A stretch of 64,000 nt of DNA from an uncultured Treponemataceae bacterium (GCA_964482955.1 CAYZZW010000004.1:5653-69652), one strand, 5' to 3'; counted from the stretch's first letter, positions 51,649 to 62,900 are shown. Made by a program: numbers and translations. The notes: generated by a model not told the origin, from the letters alone.

Positions 51649-54600
51649 TGGGCGGACCGTCCGCGCGGCGCGGAAAGGCCGCGCTCACGTGCCTCGTCGC
51701 CGCGGCGTTCGTCGTCGCGGTCGCGGCGGCGGCCGAAGGGATCGACCTCGCGCAGTTCGCCAAGGCCGTCGCGAAAATCAACGACTACATAGTCTCCGGC
51801 GACGGCGTCGACGAAACCTGGTTCAAGCGCGTCGTGAAGCACCTGCCGGAAACCGACTCGGGCGCCGAGCTCGAAACCGTCGAAGGCTATCCCGCGTTTC
51901 GCGACGCGTTCGCGAAGGGGCACGCCTCGCTCAAGCTGAATCGCGAGCTCCGCTTCGCCGTCCTCGTCAAGCTGGGCGACGGCGCCGGAGTCACGACCCT
52001 GCTCGACGGGGCCGAATTCCCCGACTTCCGCGAAGTCCTCTCGCTCATGGCCCGGATCGACGCGATGCGCGGCGGCCCCGGCGTGCCCTGCGACGGCGTG
52101 CCGGTGACGGTCGGCCGCGACCGCCGCTACCTGGTCGCCGACGCGTTGCGCGCCTCTTCTTCCTTCGCGGAACGGATCGGTCTCTCCGGCAAGGACATGG
52201 CCGCGGCCATGGAAAACTACACGGAGCTCGAAACCTACTTCTCCGGCTGGCCGGGCTGGGAGGAGCTGCGCGATTTCCTCGTCCGCGGCAAGGACATCGG
52301 CATCGCCATCGAAAACCCGATCTCGCCGGAGACCCTCGCGGCGTGGCTGTCGGACAAGCCGGTAGCCCTCTCGACGTTCCGCGAGCTCCAGCCCCTCGCG
52401 CCGAAGATCGAGACGCCCGAGCCCCTGTACGCGTGGCTGTCGGCGTTCGGATCCACGCGCTACGGCGCCGACGGAACGCTGCTCTCCAAGGGGGCCTTCG
52501 CCTCGCGCGCGTGCTTCGAGGAGCTCGCCTCGGTCGGCGCGGCGCTTTCGAGACTGTTCGCGGACTCGGGCAGCGGGCGCGGCGGCTCGCGGCCGAAAAA
52601 GCGGCACGATCCGGCCGTTCTCCGCGCCCGCCTCGACGCGGGGATGGAAGCTCGCCTGGCCGGCCCTCCGACTGGCGCCCCGACCGCGCCGCCCGAGTCG
52701 GGAACCGTTTCGGCGAACGCCGATTTTTCCGCCGGCGCGGCGCTCGAACTGCGCCTGGCGCTCGGCGACGAAGTCGACGGCTTCGTGTCGCGCAACGCGT
52801 CGCGTCTCGTGGGCGCGGCGCTCTTTCCCGACGCGGGTCCGAGCGCCCTGCAGGACGAGCTCGACGCGCTCCTCCGCCGTCCCGAAATCGTGAAGCTCCT
52901 TCTCGCGCAGCTCTCGCGCGGCCTGTACCCGCCCGCGCAACGCACCCTCTACCGGCGCTTTTTCGAGGGCGTCGTCGGCTCGTGGGACGGCAAGGCTCCC
53001 GCCCGGGGCGACGCGGGCTTCGTCGCGCCCGGGGAACCCGCGACCACCGTCGGAGCGCAGTTCCTCGCGTTCTTCCTCTCGTACCACCGCGACGTCGAGA
53101 CGACCGCGTTCGTCAGGTATTCCGATGCGCTGTGGCGCGCCTTCGACTTCGGGCCGGACGGCGCGAAGCTCGAGGCGTTCGCCGCCTTCCTCGCCGACAC
53201 GGCCGAACGGCTCGAGCTGTCGGGTTTCATGACGGACGAGGCGCTCGCGTTCCTCGCGGAGCGGATCTTCCGCGGCCCCTGGGAGGACGGGTCCGCGGGG
53301 GCGCGCCTCTTCCTCCATCTCGTGGAAAACCGCTACGTGAAGCCGGACGTCCCCGCGTCCGAAAAGAACCGCATCCTCACGAAGACCGTCCCCGCGCTCG
53401 AGGCGATCCGCGACGCGAACGCCCGGGACGCCTTCGGGCCGTTCCGCGAATTCTACGCCGGGTACGCCGCGCGCCTGGCGGAGCGCGTCGCCGCGCCGGA
53501 CTTCGACGCGTGGTCGGATTTCCGGACGCGGGCCGCGCTCTGCGAACTGGCCCCGGCTTTCGCGAACGCGAACCCGGGCGTCGTGCCCGCGTCCGTCGGC
53601 TGGGCGCTCGGCCGCTACCGCCTGTTCGATCCCTTCGTCGCGGAGCGGAAGCTCGAGGAGGAGACGGTCGAAAAGGAATTCTTCGGCGAACGCCGCCACG
53701 CGCCGCCCGCGGGCCTCGACTACCGCTTCCTGTCCGACGGGACGACCGCGGCGCCTCCGGACCGCGACGACAAGGCCGAAGAGACCCTGGCGCTCGTCGC
53801 GAAAGGGGCGCTCAGGCGGATTTCCGCGTTGCGCGATCCCGTCGCGTCGAGGAGCTGCATGGAAGCGACGGTGTCCGTGATGCGGGCGGTGCCCGGCGGC
53901 GAGGGCGGCATCGAGACGCTCGTGGGCGGCCAGAAGCCCAAGCTCCTCGCGCGCCGCGCCTTCGAGTATGCGATGATCCTCCTCGGCGGCGAACAGGGCT
54001 ACGACCCGGAGGAGTTCGCCGCGGGCAGCGAGGAAGAGGTCGTCGGGAAACTCTCGCGCCTCCTCGGCGTCGCGGTGGCCATCGACGGCAAGCCCGTCGC
54101 GGCGCGCATGAAGGAACTGCGCGACCAGGCGGCCGCCCTGCCCGCGGGGGAATCGGAAGCCCGGGCGACGTGCGTCCGCGACTTCGTCGGGCTCGTGGCC
54201 GGGCTCGAGGACTTCATGTACAAGCTGGCGACGCCCGAGCTGGCCGCCTCGATCCGCGAAACCGCGCTCATCCTCGACGACGCGGGCGCGTACGCCGCCG
54301 TGGTCAAGGCGCTCGTCAAGATCGTCTACTACCATCCGGATCCGCGCGTATCCACGCTCGTGGCCGCGGAATTCGTGAAGCTGTTCGGCGGGGCGGGGGC
54401 CATCCCCCCGGAGCTCTACGGCGATTACGCGCGCATCTGCTTCTTCTCGTTCCGCGACGACCGGAAGCTCCTGGCAGACGCCTTCGACAACCTGTACCGC
54501 CGCTACCGCGAATCGCCCGAGCGCGGCGGGCACTACGTGGAGGCCATGCTCGTCTTCGCCGACGATCCGCGCATGCGCGAGGGCATCGCGAAGGTACTCG

Positions 54601-57395
54601 CGGAGGATCCGGGGTTCCGCGCGTCGATCGGCTTCACGCCGGAGGAATCGCTTTTCGTCTACCGCGTGCTCGGGCCGGCCGATTACGCCGCGCTCGCCGC
54701 GAAGCCGGAATTCCGCGACGCCTTCCTCGCGGACTTCGTCGCGTTCGCGCCCGCGGTGAAAAAGGTCTTCGAGGACTGCTGGCGACGCCTCCGCGCGGAC
54801 CAGGCCGACGCGACCGCCCGCGCCATCGACGCGCGCGTGCGGGAACTCGTCGCCGAGTGCTACGACGCGTGGTCGGTCTCGATGAAGGGCCTCGCGCACT
54901 TTTCGAGGCGCGGCGAGCTCGATCAAAAGACGGCCGACGCCGCCCGGGAGACGGGCGCGGCGCTCTTCGGCTTTTTCGTGAACGAGGCGCGCGTGCTCTC
55001 GGGCGAGTTCCTCGATTCGGACATCTTCTATTTCCCCCGGCCCATGCGGAAGTTCATCGACGCCCCCGCCGCCTGGGAGCGCGCGGTCGAGGCGGCGCGC
55101 CCGATCGGGGGAGCCGCCTCGTGGTTCGATTTCCTCGCGGACGGCATGGCGTTCTACTTCGGCCTCGAGCCGCGCTTCGGCGTCCGCGACTTCGCCTCCG
55201 GCCTCGTCTACGCGAACCACGCCATCTACGTCGCGACGCGCGCCATCATCGACCTCGAGCGCGCGGGCAAGCGGGAGGAGGCCGACCGCGTGTGGAACGG
55301 CAAGGTGGTCGCCGGCATCTTCGACCCGGTGCTGCGCGGGCGGATCTTCGACGGGCGGGATTACTCGTACGAAAAGTACGACGGGCTCCGCAACATCCGC
55401 TTCGCGTCGGGCTCCCGCTACGACGGCACGCATTTCCTCCTCGAGTCGCTCTACGTGAGCTGGATCCGCGAGGAGCTCGGCGCGCTGCAGCCGATCATGG
55501 CCCGGCGCTTCACCGCGATGATGGCCACCTTCTTCGAGTCGGCGGTCAGGGGCATCAGCGTCGACTATAGCCAGGCTTTCCTTGACAAGACCCTCCTGCC
55601 GCTCTTCCTGCGGACGGTGGAGGGCGGCAAGTTCGACTACGGCCCGGTGGCCGGCGGCATCTACCCGAAGCAAGAGGATTTCTTCGCGGATCCCTGCAAG
55701 CCGCTCTACGTCGACCGGCGCTTCAACTACGGCCGCTACAATTACCTCTGGAACCTCCGCGGCGGCGACCGCCTCAAGGAAAGCCTCTCGGCGTGGTACC
55801 GCTTCGCGCCGGACAACGCGCGTTTCTTCGAGCTCATGCCCGCCCTCATCCTGCGCGACGAGCAGCTGACGGCGGGAACCCGGCGGAACGGCAACTTCGA
55901 TCCCGCGCGAGCGAGCTGGGGCTTCTATCTCCATCGCATCGACGTGCCCGTCTCCGAGGAAGAACGGACCTCGATCTCCGTCCCGGGCTTCCTGCGTTTC
56001 CCCGGCAACGTGAACGAAGTCGTCCTGCTGTCCGATCCGGTCGAGCCCGCGCCGCCTGGGGAAGCGGAGGCGCCGCCCGAGGGAACGGCGCCGGATCTGG
56101 CGCCGGAGGGTGCGGCGCCCGCGGACGAAACCGCGGAGCCTCCGGAAACCGCGACCGAGCAGGGCGACGCGCCGCGTTGGGCGATCGCCGCGCCGAACGC
56201 GACGAGTTCCGTCCGCTACGAGTTCACCTACCTCCAGAACGACCGCTCGGGCACCGCCGTGAGCACGGCCGGCATCGCGTCCGGCTCGGGCGGCGCGGGC
56301 GACCTCGGGGCGTACCTCGCGGGCGTCGTCTTCGCGCCGGGCGACGCGGTCTACCGCAACCTCAAGCGCAACGCGGACCTCGTCGTCGCGGCGCCCGGCG
56401 CGGCGGCGGATCCCGCGTCGCTCACGCTCTTTTCCGAGGGACGCTGGCTCCGGGTCGACGCCGAGCGTTTCCGCATGGACGGCTTCACGTCGATGGACGA
56501 CGTGTTCAGCCTGAACGGAACCGTCGACCGGACCGACGCGCTCTCCGCGTTCGCGGGCGCCAGGCGCGTCCCGCTCGCGAAGAATCCCGTGATCGCGCTC
56601 GACCGTAAAAAGACCTTCGACACGGTGTACTTCGCCGCGATCGAGAAGAAGGGACAACTCGGGCTGGTCGAACTGGCCGCGGCCGGATCGAAATTCCGGT
56701 TCGTCTTCCGCCGGCTCGAAGGCGCGTCGGAAGCCGAGTGCTGGCCGATCGAGATCGTGACGGAAGGCTACAACTCGGTGAAGTTCCGCTTTTCGCGCTT
56801 CGGGACGAAGAAGGCGCCGCCGCCCGTCGAGGACGTCGCCATCTCCTTCGCCATCGTCCGCTCCGACGCCGACTCGGCCGTGCCCGACGCGTTCTGCGTC
56901 GGCGTGGACCCGGCGACGGGCCGCGTGCGCACCTGGGAAAAGCTCGTCGGCGTGAAGACCGAGATCGCCTTCGACGCGCCCCTGCCGAAGGAGACGAAGG
57001 CGGTGATCGTGCGCGACAAGGTCCTGCCGAAGCGCGAATACCCCGGTTGGCTCAAGCCCGGTTCCACCGATGCGGACTCCGGCCGCCTGGTCGGGGGCGC
57101 GGTCGCGATCCAGCCCGAGCTCTTCGCCGCCCTCGACCGCGCGGGCCTCTCCGCCATGCCGGCGTCGCGCAACGTCTTCGTGCGTTACGCGGTGCCCGAG
57201 GACCCGCGCGGGCGGAGCGCCTTCGTGACGGCGACCGCCGGCCGCTACGCGGTGACGCCCGCCTACGGCGACGTCTACTTCCTCGGCATCTTCAACCGCT
57301 TCATCATGTACGAATCCGCGGAACGTTACCGCCGAGAAATCGGCGAGGCGGTGTCGCGCTGGTACGCGTTCGACGGCTTCGGGGGCGGCAAATGA
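51648..57395 (+). CDS. Giant exported hypothetical protein, 1915 aa (cluster gene 4)
   Basis: The ATG overlaps the gene 3 stop codon (TGATG at 51646-51650). The N-terminal signal or anchor is RRGKAALTCLVAAAFVVAVAAAAEG. The composition is coherent over 5.7 kb. A Pro/Glu/Ala linker at ~56034-56174 separates a ~1460-aa mostly helical part from a ~400-aa beta-looking C-terminal part. Confidence 0.7.
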   Translation: MGGPSARRGKAALTCLVAAAFVVAVAAAAEGIDLAQFAKAVAKINDYIVSGDGVDETWFKRVVKHLPETDSGAELETVEGYPAFRDAFAKGHASLKLNRELRFAVLVKLGDGAGVTTLLDGAEFPDFREVLSLMARIDAMRGGPGVPCDGVPVTVGRDRRYLVADALRASSSFAERIGLSGKDMAAAMENYTELETYFSGWPGWEELRDFLVRGKDIGIAIENPISPETLAAWLSDKPVALSTFRELQPLAPKIETPEPLYAWLSAFGSTRYGADGTLLSKGAFASRACFEELASVGAALSRLFADSGSGRGGSRPKKRHDPAVLRARLDAGMEARLAGPPTGAPTAPPESGTVSANADFSAGAALELRLALGDEVDGFVSRNASRLVGAALFPDAGPSALQDELDALLRRPEIVKLLLAQLSRGLYPPAQRTLYRRFFEGVVGSWDGKAPARGDAGFVAPGEPATTVGAQFLAFFLSYHRDVETTAFVRYSDALWRAFDFGPDGAKLEAFAAFLADTAERLELSGFMTDEALAFLAERIFRGPWEDGSAGARLFLHLVENRYVKPDVPASEKNRILTKTVPALEAIRDANARDAFGPFREFYAGYAARLAERVAAPDFDAWSDFRTRAALCELAPAFANANPGVVPASVGWALGRYRLFDPFVAERKLEEETVEKEFFGERRHAPPAGLDYRFLSDGTTAAPPDRDDKAEETLALVAKGALRRISALRDPVASRSCMEATVSVMRAVPGGEGGIETLVGGQKPKLLARRAFEYAMILLGGEQGYDPEEFAAGSEEEVVGKLSRLLGVAVAIDGKPVAARMKELRDQAAALPAGESEARATCVRDFVGLVAGLEDFMYKLATPELAASIRETALILDDAGAYAAVVKALVKIVYYHPDPRVSTLVAAEFVKLFGGAGAIPPELYGDYARICFFSFRDDRKLLADAFDNLYRRYRESPERGGHYVEAMLVFADDPRMREGIAKVLAEDPGFRASIGFTPEESLFVYRVLGPADYAALAAKPEFRDAFLADFVAFAPAVKKVFEDCWRRLRADQADATARAIDARVRELVAECYDAWSVSMKGLAHFSRRGELDQKTADAARETGAALFGFFVNEARVLSGEFLDSDIFYFPRPMRKFIDAPAAWERAVEAARPIGGAASWFDFLADGMAFYFGLEPRFGVRDFASGLVYANHAIYVATRAIIDLERAGKREEADRVWNGKVVAGIFDPVLRGRIFDGRDYSYEKYDGLRNIRFASGSRYDGTHFLLESLYVSWIREELGALQPIMARRFTAMMATFFESAVRGISVDYSQAFLDKTLLPLFLRTVEGGKFDYGPVAGGIYPKQEDFFADPCKPLYVDRRFNYGRYNYLWNLRGGDRLKESLSAWYRFAPDNARFFELMPALILRDEQLTAGTRRNGNFDPARASWGFYLHRIDVPVSEEERTSISVPGFLRFPGNVNEVVLLSDPVEPAPPGEAEAPPEGTAPDLAPEGAAPADETAEPPETATEQGDAPRWAIAAPNATSSVRYEFTYLQNDRSGTAVSTAGIASGSGGAGDLGAYLAGVVFAPGDAVYRNLKRNADLVVAAPGAAADPASLTLFSEGRWLRVDAERFRMDGFTSMDDVFSLNGTVDRTDALSAFAGARRVPLAKNPVIALDRKKTFDTVYFAAIEKKGQLGLVELAAAGSKFRFVFRRLEGASEAECWPIEIVTEGYNSVKFRFSRFGTKKAPPPVEDVAISFAIVRSDADSAVPDAFCVGVDPATGRVRTWEKLVGVKTEIAFDAPLPKETKAVIVRDKVLPKREYPGWLKPGSTDADSGRLVGGAVAIQPELFAALDRAGLSAMPASRNVFVRYAVPEDPRGRSAFVTATAGRYAVTPAYGDVYFLGIFNRFIMYESAERYRREIGEAVSRWYAFDGFGGGK

Positions 57396-58879
57396 ACGGC
57401 GCGCCGGTCTACTTCGTCCTGAACGCCCTCGTCGCCGCGCTGGCCTGCCTGGTCCTCGGCGGCGTCTTCCCGCGAAGCGGCGTCGGCGAGCCCGAGGCCG
57501 TCGCGGCCGCGCTCGCGGTCTACGCCTTCGCGTCCTTCGTCTCGTCGCGCTTCCGAAAGCCGCTCCACGGCTACCTCCCGCCGCGCTTCGAGGCCGCGGG
57601 CGCCGCGCCGCGCCGCGCCTTCGACCTCCGGCACTTCGCGTGCAATTTCCACGCCCCGCTCGTCGTCTCGGTCGCCGGGCTCTTCGCCTTCATGAACGTG
57701 ATGGCGAGCCCCACGATGGAGGTGTACCCGATCGTGCGCGGGCAGATCCTCGTGATCGCCAAGACGAACCACAAGATGGCCGACAACCGCGGCTATCCCT
57801 TCGCGGACCAGGCGGGCTCCGACCTGCTCCTCCACACCGTGATCGGCCTCAAGGAGTCGGTGTCGGACATCGCGTCGAAGACCGCGTCCAAGTTCGTGAA
57901 GGAGAAGAAGGCCGCGCGCTGGAAGGAAATCCTCGAGGCGCTCCGGAAGTTCTCGCTCCGCGATCTCCTTTCGAGCGTCGTCACCCGCGTGCGCTGGAGC
58001 GGCAAGCCGCCCATCCTGCTCTACGGCATCCGCGTCGTGAACTACACGGGCAGCCCGCTGCCGGCGTCGATGGTGCGCTCCGGCGTGTCGTTCGAGAGTT
58101 ACCGCCTGCCGCCATACGTCGGCCGTGTCGTCACCCTGCGCGACGGTCTCGAGGAGGACGACACGCGCCTGCTCGAGCTGCCGCGCGACTGGTCGCGCTT
58201 CGGGTCGATGCCGGACAGCTACAATTTCCTCCGGAGTTTCTACGCGCTCGGCCTGTACCGCGACGCCTTCCCGAAGGATTCGTTCGATTACGCGCGCTTG
58301 GCGGACGGCTTCGCCGAGCCGTCGACGCGTCCCGTGCTCGTGTGGTTTTCCGACGACTGCTACGAACCCGACCGGCTCGAGCGCTATCCGGACTACCCGG
58401 GCTTCCGCGACCCGGCCGATCCGACCCTGCGGAGCGAGGGCGCGGTCGAGAACGCGCTCTTCGGCCGCTTCTTCGGCAAGCGGCTCTTCATCCAGATGAC
58501 GGGACTCCAGCAATACGAAAACGCGGAAGTGCGCGGAAAGACCATTCGCACGAACCTCGGCGTCGAGCGCTACTTCTCGGCGGCGGAGCGCGTCGAGCTG
58601 CCCGCCATCCGCTTCGCCGACCCGGCCGTCGGGCGCAAGGACCTCAAGAAGGCGGTGGACGCCCTGCACGAAGGCCTCGAACCCTTCGTGGAGTCGCTGC
58701 TCGCGGAAGGGCTCGGCATCGACCTCGTCTCGGCCCCCGCGGACGCCCTTTCGCGCGTCGAGCGGGAAGGGCTCATCTTCCGCTACGACGAGATCGCGGC
58801 GATCGTCATGGCGCCCTTCGCGCTCTGGGTGACGATCATGATTTTGCGGACGCTCGCGTACCGCAAGGTGGAGGGTTAG
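57392..58879 (+). CDS. Polytopic membrane hypothetical protein (cluster gene 5)
   Basis: This is the tail of ORF 56738-58879. ATG 57392 overlaps the gene 4 stop codon (ATGA). The 495-aa product has three N-terminal hydrophobic segments and one C-terminal segment (IAAIVMAPFALWVTIMILRTLAY), flanking a ~330-aa soluble domain. Confidence 0.6.
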   Translation: MNGAPVYFVLNALVAALACLVLGGVFPRSGVGEPEAVAAALAVYAFASFVSSRFRKPLHGYLPPRFEAAGAAPRRAFDLRHFACNFHAPLVVSVAGLFAFMNVMASPTMEVYPIVRGQILVIAKTNHKMADNRGYPFADQAGSDLLLHTVIGLKESVSDIASKTASKFVKEKKAARWKEILEALRKFSLRDLLSSVVTRVRWSGKPPILLYGIRVVNYTGSPLPASMVRSGVSFESYRLPPYVGRVVTLRDGLEEDDTRLLELPRDWSRFGSMPDSYNFLRSFYALGLYRDAFPKDSFDYARLADGFAEPSTRPVLVWFSDDCYEPDRLERYPDYPGFRDPADPTLRSEGAVENALFGRFFGKRLFIQMTGLQQYENAEVRGKTIRTNLGVERYFSAAERVELPAIRFADPAVGRKDLKKAVDALHEGLEPFVESLLAEGLGIDLVSAPADALSRVEREGLIFRYDEIAAIVMAPFALWVTIMILRTLAYRKVEG

Positions 58880-58883
58880 GCCG

Positions 58884-59903
58884 ATGACGCCGCTCCGCGC
58901 CGCGATCGTCACGTACGCCGCCTCGGCGATCGCCATCCTGTGCGCCCTGGTCGTCGCCTGGGTCGCGGGGGCGTCGCGGGCCAGGGCGCTCGCCGCGTCC
59001 GGGGGCGCGGGACTCAGGCTCCGCGCCCGCCAGACCTGGACGCGCTTCGTCCTCGTCGCCCTCCTTCCGCTCGCGGGCTTTTCGTACTTCTTCTTCCCGA
59101 CCCGCACGCTCTCGAAGAAGAATCCCGAGCTGGACGACCGCCGGCCCATCCTCGTCGTGAACGTGGACGCGAACTGGTACATGGGACTCGCGCTGTCGCA
59201 GAATCCTTCGATGGCGGCCAACGTACGGCGGATCGTCGCGCGGCTCGCGGCCACCGGGGCGGACATGAAGCTCGTCGCCTTTTCGATGAACGAAGTCCGC
59301 TCGTCGAGTTCCTTCTATTATAAAAGCGGCAAGCGCGAGGCGCCGGACTCGCTCGCGGGGCGCTACTTCGGCGCCGCGGCCGCGAGCCAGGCGTACAAGA
59401 ACGTGCGCGACAGCCTCTTCACGGCCGCCTTCTACTACCGCCTGGTCGGATCGGCCTTCGGCGAAGTGGACGGGCTCGTGTCCATCCTCGACAAGATCGA
59501 GGAAGTCCGCGCGTACAAGACCGGCGAACGGAAGACCGTGAAGGCTGACGTCTTCGTCGTCACGCTCTCGAAGCGCAACATGAACGTGCGCACCTGCCTC
59601 GACGGCGCCGAAAACGTCCCGCGGAGCGAGGAGCCGAGACGGCTCGCGACGGGCAACCGGTATTCCACGTACGTGCTCTTCGAGGATTCGGGGGCGCTGT
59701 CGGCTTCGGAAGCCGCGCGCCTCGACCGCTTCGTCGAGAGCGTGCTCAAGGCCGAGAACAAGCCGGACTTGTCCAAGATGGAAATCAATTTCGGGCTCGA
59801 CCGCTCGGAGACCGCGATGGCGGGCTGGGCGCTCATAGCCGGGCTTCTAGCCGCGCTCGTGGCGCAGGCGTGGTTCGATTCGATCAAGATCAGGATAGCG
59901 TAA
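58884..59903 (+). CDS. Membrane protein, possible BatA-like vWA fold with degenerate MIDAS (cluster gene 6)
   Basis: 339 aa, starting 4 nt after the gene 5 stop codon. There are two N-terminal TM segments and one C-terminal TM. The sequence ILVVNVDANWYM occupies the position of the vWA DxSxS strand. MKLVAFSMNE and ADVFVVTLSKRN sit where later vWA strands would be. The vWA assignment is by eye only. Confidence 0.5.
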   Translation: MTPLRAAIVTYAASAIAILCALVVAWVAGASRARALAASGGAGLRLRARQTWTRFVLVALLPLAGFSYFFFPTRTLSKKNPELDDRRPILVVNVDANWYMGLALSQNPSMAANVRRIVARLAATGADMKLVAFSMNEVRSSSSFYYKSGKREAPDSLAGRYFGAAAASQAYKNVRDSLFTAAFYYRLVGSAFGEVDGLVSILDKIEEVRAYKTGERKTVKADVFVVTLSKRNMNVRTCLDGAENVPRSEEPRRLATGNRYSTYVLFEDSGALSASEAARLDRFVESVLKAENKPDLSKMEINFGLDRSETAMAGWALIAGLLAALVAQAWFDSIKIRIA

Positions 59904-59920
59904 GGCGCGGGGAGGATCGC

Positions 59921-62900
59921 ATGCTGAAGGGATTCACGATGGAGCTGGTCACGGCGGAAGCCGCGTTTTCGCGGCGCTACGCGAAAACCGCCTCGAGGGA
60001 GATCCGCAGGGCCGAGCGGGCGCTCCACGCGCTGCTTGCGCCGCTCGCGCGGAAGGCCAAGGGCGAAGCGGTGCGCACGCCGCTCAAGTACCGTCCGGGC
60101 GGAAAGCCGACCCTCGCGCTGCGCGGCGGCCCGCTCGCGCGCGCTCTCTCGCTGTCGGTCGGCGACGACGGCTTCGTCTCGCTCTCCCGCGCGGCGGCAG
60201 GCGCCCGGCGCGAGGACGCGGACGTGCTCCGCTTCGTCTTCCTGTCCGATTACGAAGGCGATGCGGCGAACCAGGCGCCCGCGCTCCGCCTCAGGCGCAT
60301 CAAGATCGCGCTGTTCATCGCCCTCGCGGACGCGGTGCTCGAAGAAAAGGGCGGCCCCGACGACGAGGACAACGTCGCCGTGCGGTGCATGATGGACGCG
60401 CTCTACTACCGCGCCTACGAATCCGACGACGGCCTCCTGGCCGAGCCCTCGGGCATCCGGCGCGCCGCCGCGAAGTTCTTCTACCGCTTCAACACCGCGC
60501 ACTCGGCGCTCCGCGCCGCCTACTCGGACAACCTCGCGCGCCTGGCGGGGCGCATGCGCACCGAGGAGGATTTCCTCGAGGCGTGGGCGGGGTGCGCGCT
60601 CTTCTCGCTCAACCTGAAGCGCCAGAAGGCGCAGGACGTCGAGGCGTTCGTGCGGAAGGCCGTCGCGTACGAGGAGGGCGATCCCGAGGCCGACCGCGAA
60701 CTGCGCGCGCGGTCGTCGGGCATAAGCGCGTTCATGGAATCGAACCTGGCCTCCGCCTTCGCCTCCACCATCGTGGCCGACCTCAAGGCCGCCATGGCGA
60801 CCACGAGCGGCGAGGCGTATCGCCTCTACGAGCGGACGCTCTTCCTGTTCGAGCGGAAGTCCTACGAGGACATCTTCGGCGTCTTCCGCCGCATGATCGA
60901 CTCGGGCTACCTTTCCTCGTCGCGCGATTACTTCCTCTTCTACCGCGTGTTCGCGTTCTCCCGCTTCGAAGCCGGTTACCCGCGCCCCGGGCGCGCCTCG
61001 GTCACGGACGCCGAGCGCGCGGCCACGCTCAACCGCTTCACCTACGTCTCGTCCTTCATGAACCGCCTCGTCGTGGCGGAGGACGCCTTCCGCGGCGGGC
61101 GCGGCCGGGGGCGGCGAACGCTCCGCTCGCGGCTCGGCTCGTTCGCCGCGTTCGGCCTGGCGCTGTACGCGGTCGGCCTCGCGCTCTCGCTCGTCGCCGC
61201 GCTCGCGCTCGGGAAGCGCGACCCCGACCTGCTCGCGCAGACCGTGCCGTGGCTCGGGAAGGGCGTGGACGCGCTCGTCCGGTCCATCCTGGCGCTCGAC
61301 GGGGCCAAGGCGGGCGCGCTCGGCTGGGCGCTCGCGGTCGGCGCGGTCCTCTTCCTCGGCTACCTCGCGTACTGGATCGCCGGCACCGCCGCCCGCGCCC
61401 TCGGCCGCGGCGTCTCGAAGCTGCGCTCGCGCAACCTGCTCTTCTTCGTCGGCGTCAACGCGCTCTCGTTCCTCGTCGTCTTCGGCTTCGCCTCGGAACT
61501 CGTCCACTGGTCGCGCGAGCCCTTCGTGCGCGAGCCCATCCTCTACGTCACCAACGCGGAATCGGTGGAGAACACGCGGCCCGATCCCTTCATGGAGAAC
61601 TTCATCCTCGACAAGGGGCTCGCGTCGCGCTATAGGCTCGTCCGCGCGTCGGTCGCCCGGCTCAACGCGGACGTCGCTTCCCGGAAGGGCGATCCGGCCG
61701 CGCTCGACGCGTTCCTCTCCGGCTTCGACGCCTACGCGAAGATCCTCTTCGCCGTGGCGCCGAACCGGCCCGGCATCGACGACTACCGGCCCGAGGTGTT
61801 CGAGTACGATCCCTTCCTCGTCGAGCTCGTCCGCCGCTGGAAGGCGTCCGGCGCGGCGCGGGACCTCGACCTCGTGTTCATGTATCCCTTCCGCTACGCG
61901 CGGCCCGCAGCCTTCGAGGGCTTTCCCGCCCTCGAGCGGATGACGGTGGTCGGCTGCGTCGACGAACGCGGCCCCCTCGGCCTCGGCTACCTGCCCGACC
62001 GTCTGACCCTGCCCGGCGGCAGGAAGACCGACGCGAAGCTCTTCTTCCTGCCCGACGAGACGACCGGCAAGCAGATCCTCGAGCAGATCAAGGGACTCCG
62101 TCGCGCGCAGGACATGAAGGTCGAACAGCTCCGCAGCATGAACGTCGAGTACTACTACGACTTTTCGCCGAAGGAGACGGCCGCGGGTCAGGAGGGCGAT
62201 CCGGAACGCGACGCCCTCTTTTCGCCGCTCAACGTCGTGGCGTATCCGGTGGCGGATCCCGTCCGCGCCGGATCGTGCAACGCGTTCGTCTACGTCCTCC
62301 CGGGTGGTGGCGCGGCGCGAGCGGGCATCGCCAATGCCGGCCGCTTCGGCGTGCTCGCGCTCGACCAGGCGTACCTCACGATGGATTCCGACCTCGACGC
62401 CTTCCTCGAAGAGGACTTTTTCGCGGCGCGGAAGCCCAAGGCGGAAGATCCCGTCGACCGGGGCGCCTTCGTCGCGACGCGCGTCGCGTTCGCGGTCGTC
62501 GCCTTCGCGCTCTTCGCCCTCCTCTCGTCCACCACGGCGCGGCAACGCCTTCTCATGGCGCTCGCGGGCGCCGTGGCGCTCTTGCCGGCGGCGCTTTCGC
62601 TCGTCGCCACGAACGGCCAGCCCTTCCCCGGCGCGAGCCTCCCGCCCTGGTTCTTCGCGGGCTGGGACGGCACGCTCGCGATCGGCGCGATGGCCCTCGC
62701 GACGCTCTACTACCTGGCGCAGGTGATCGGCCTTTCGAAGAACGCGCAGTGCCTCGTCTACGCGTGGAGCCTCGCGGCCGTGTCCGTCGGAACCGCGGTG
62801 GCCGGCTGGTTCGCGGTCGTCGACGCGCGCGCCCTGCGCGACTTCCTTTCGTCCGCGCCGGGGCTCGGGCTCTCGCTCGGCCTCGCGGCCGCGACGGCGG

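Noticed and set aside
51294-56657. 1787-aa minus-strand ORF
   Set aside because: This is an antisense shadow of the 1915-aa cluster gene 4. It has the same Arg/Glu/Gly-rich composition, no RBS or signal features, and would overlap gene 4 completely.
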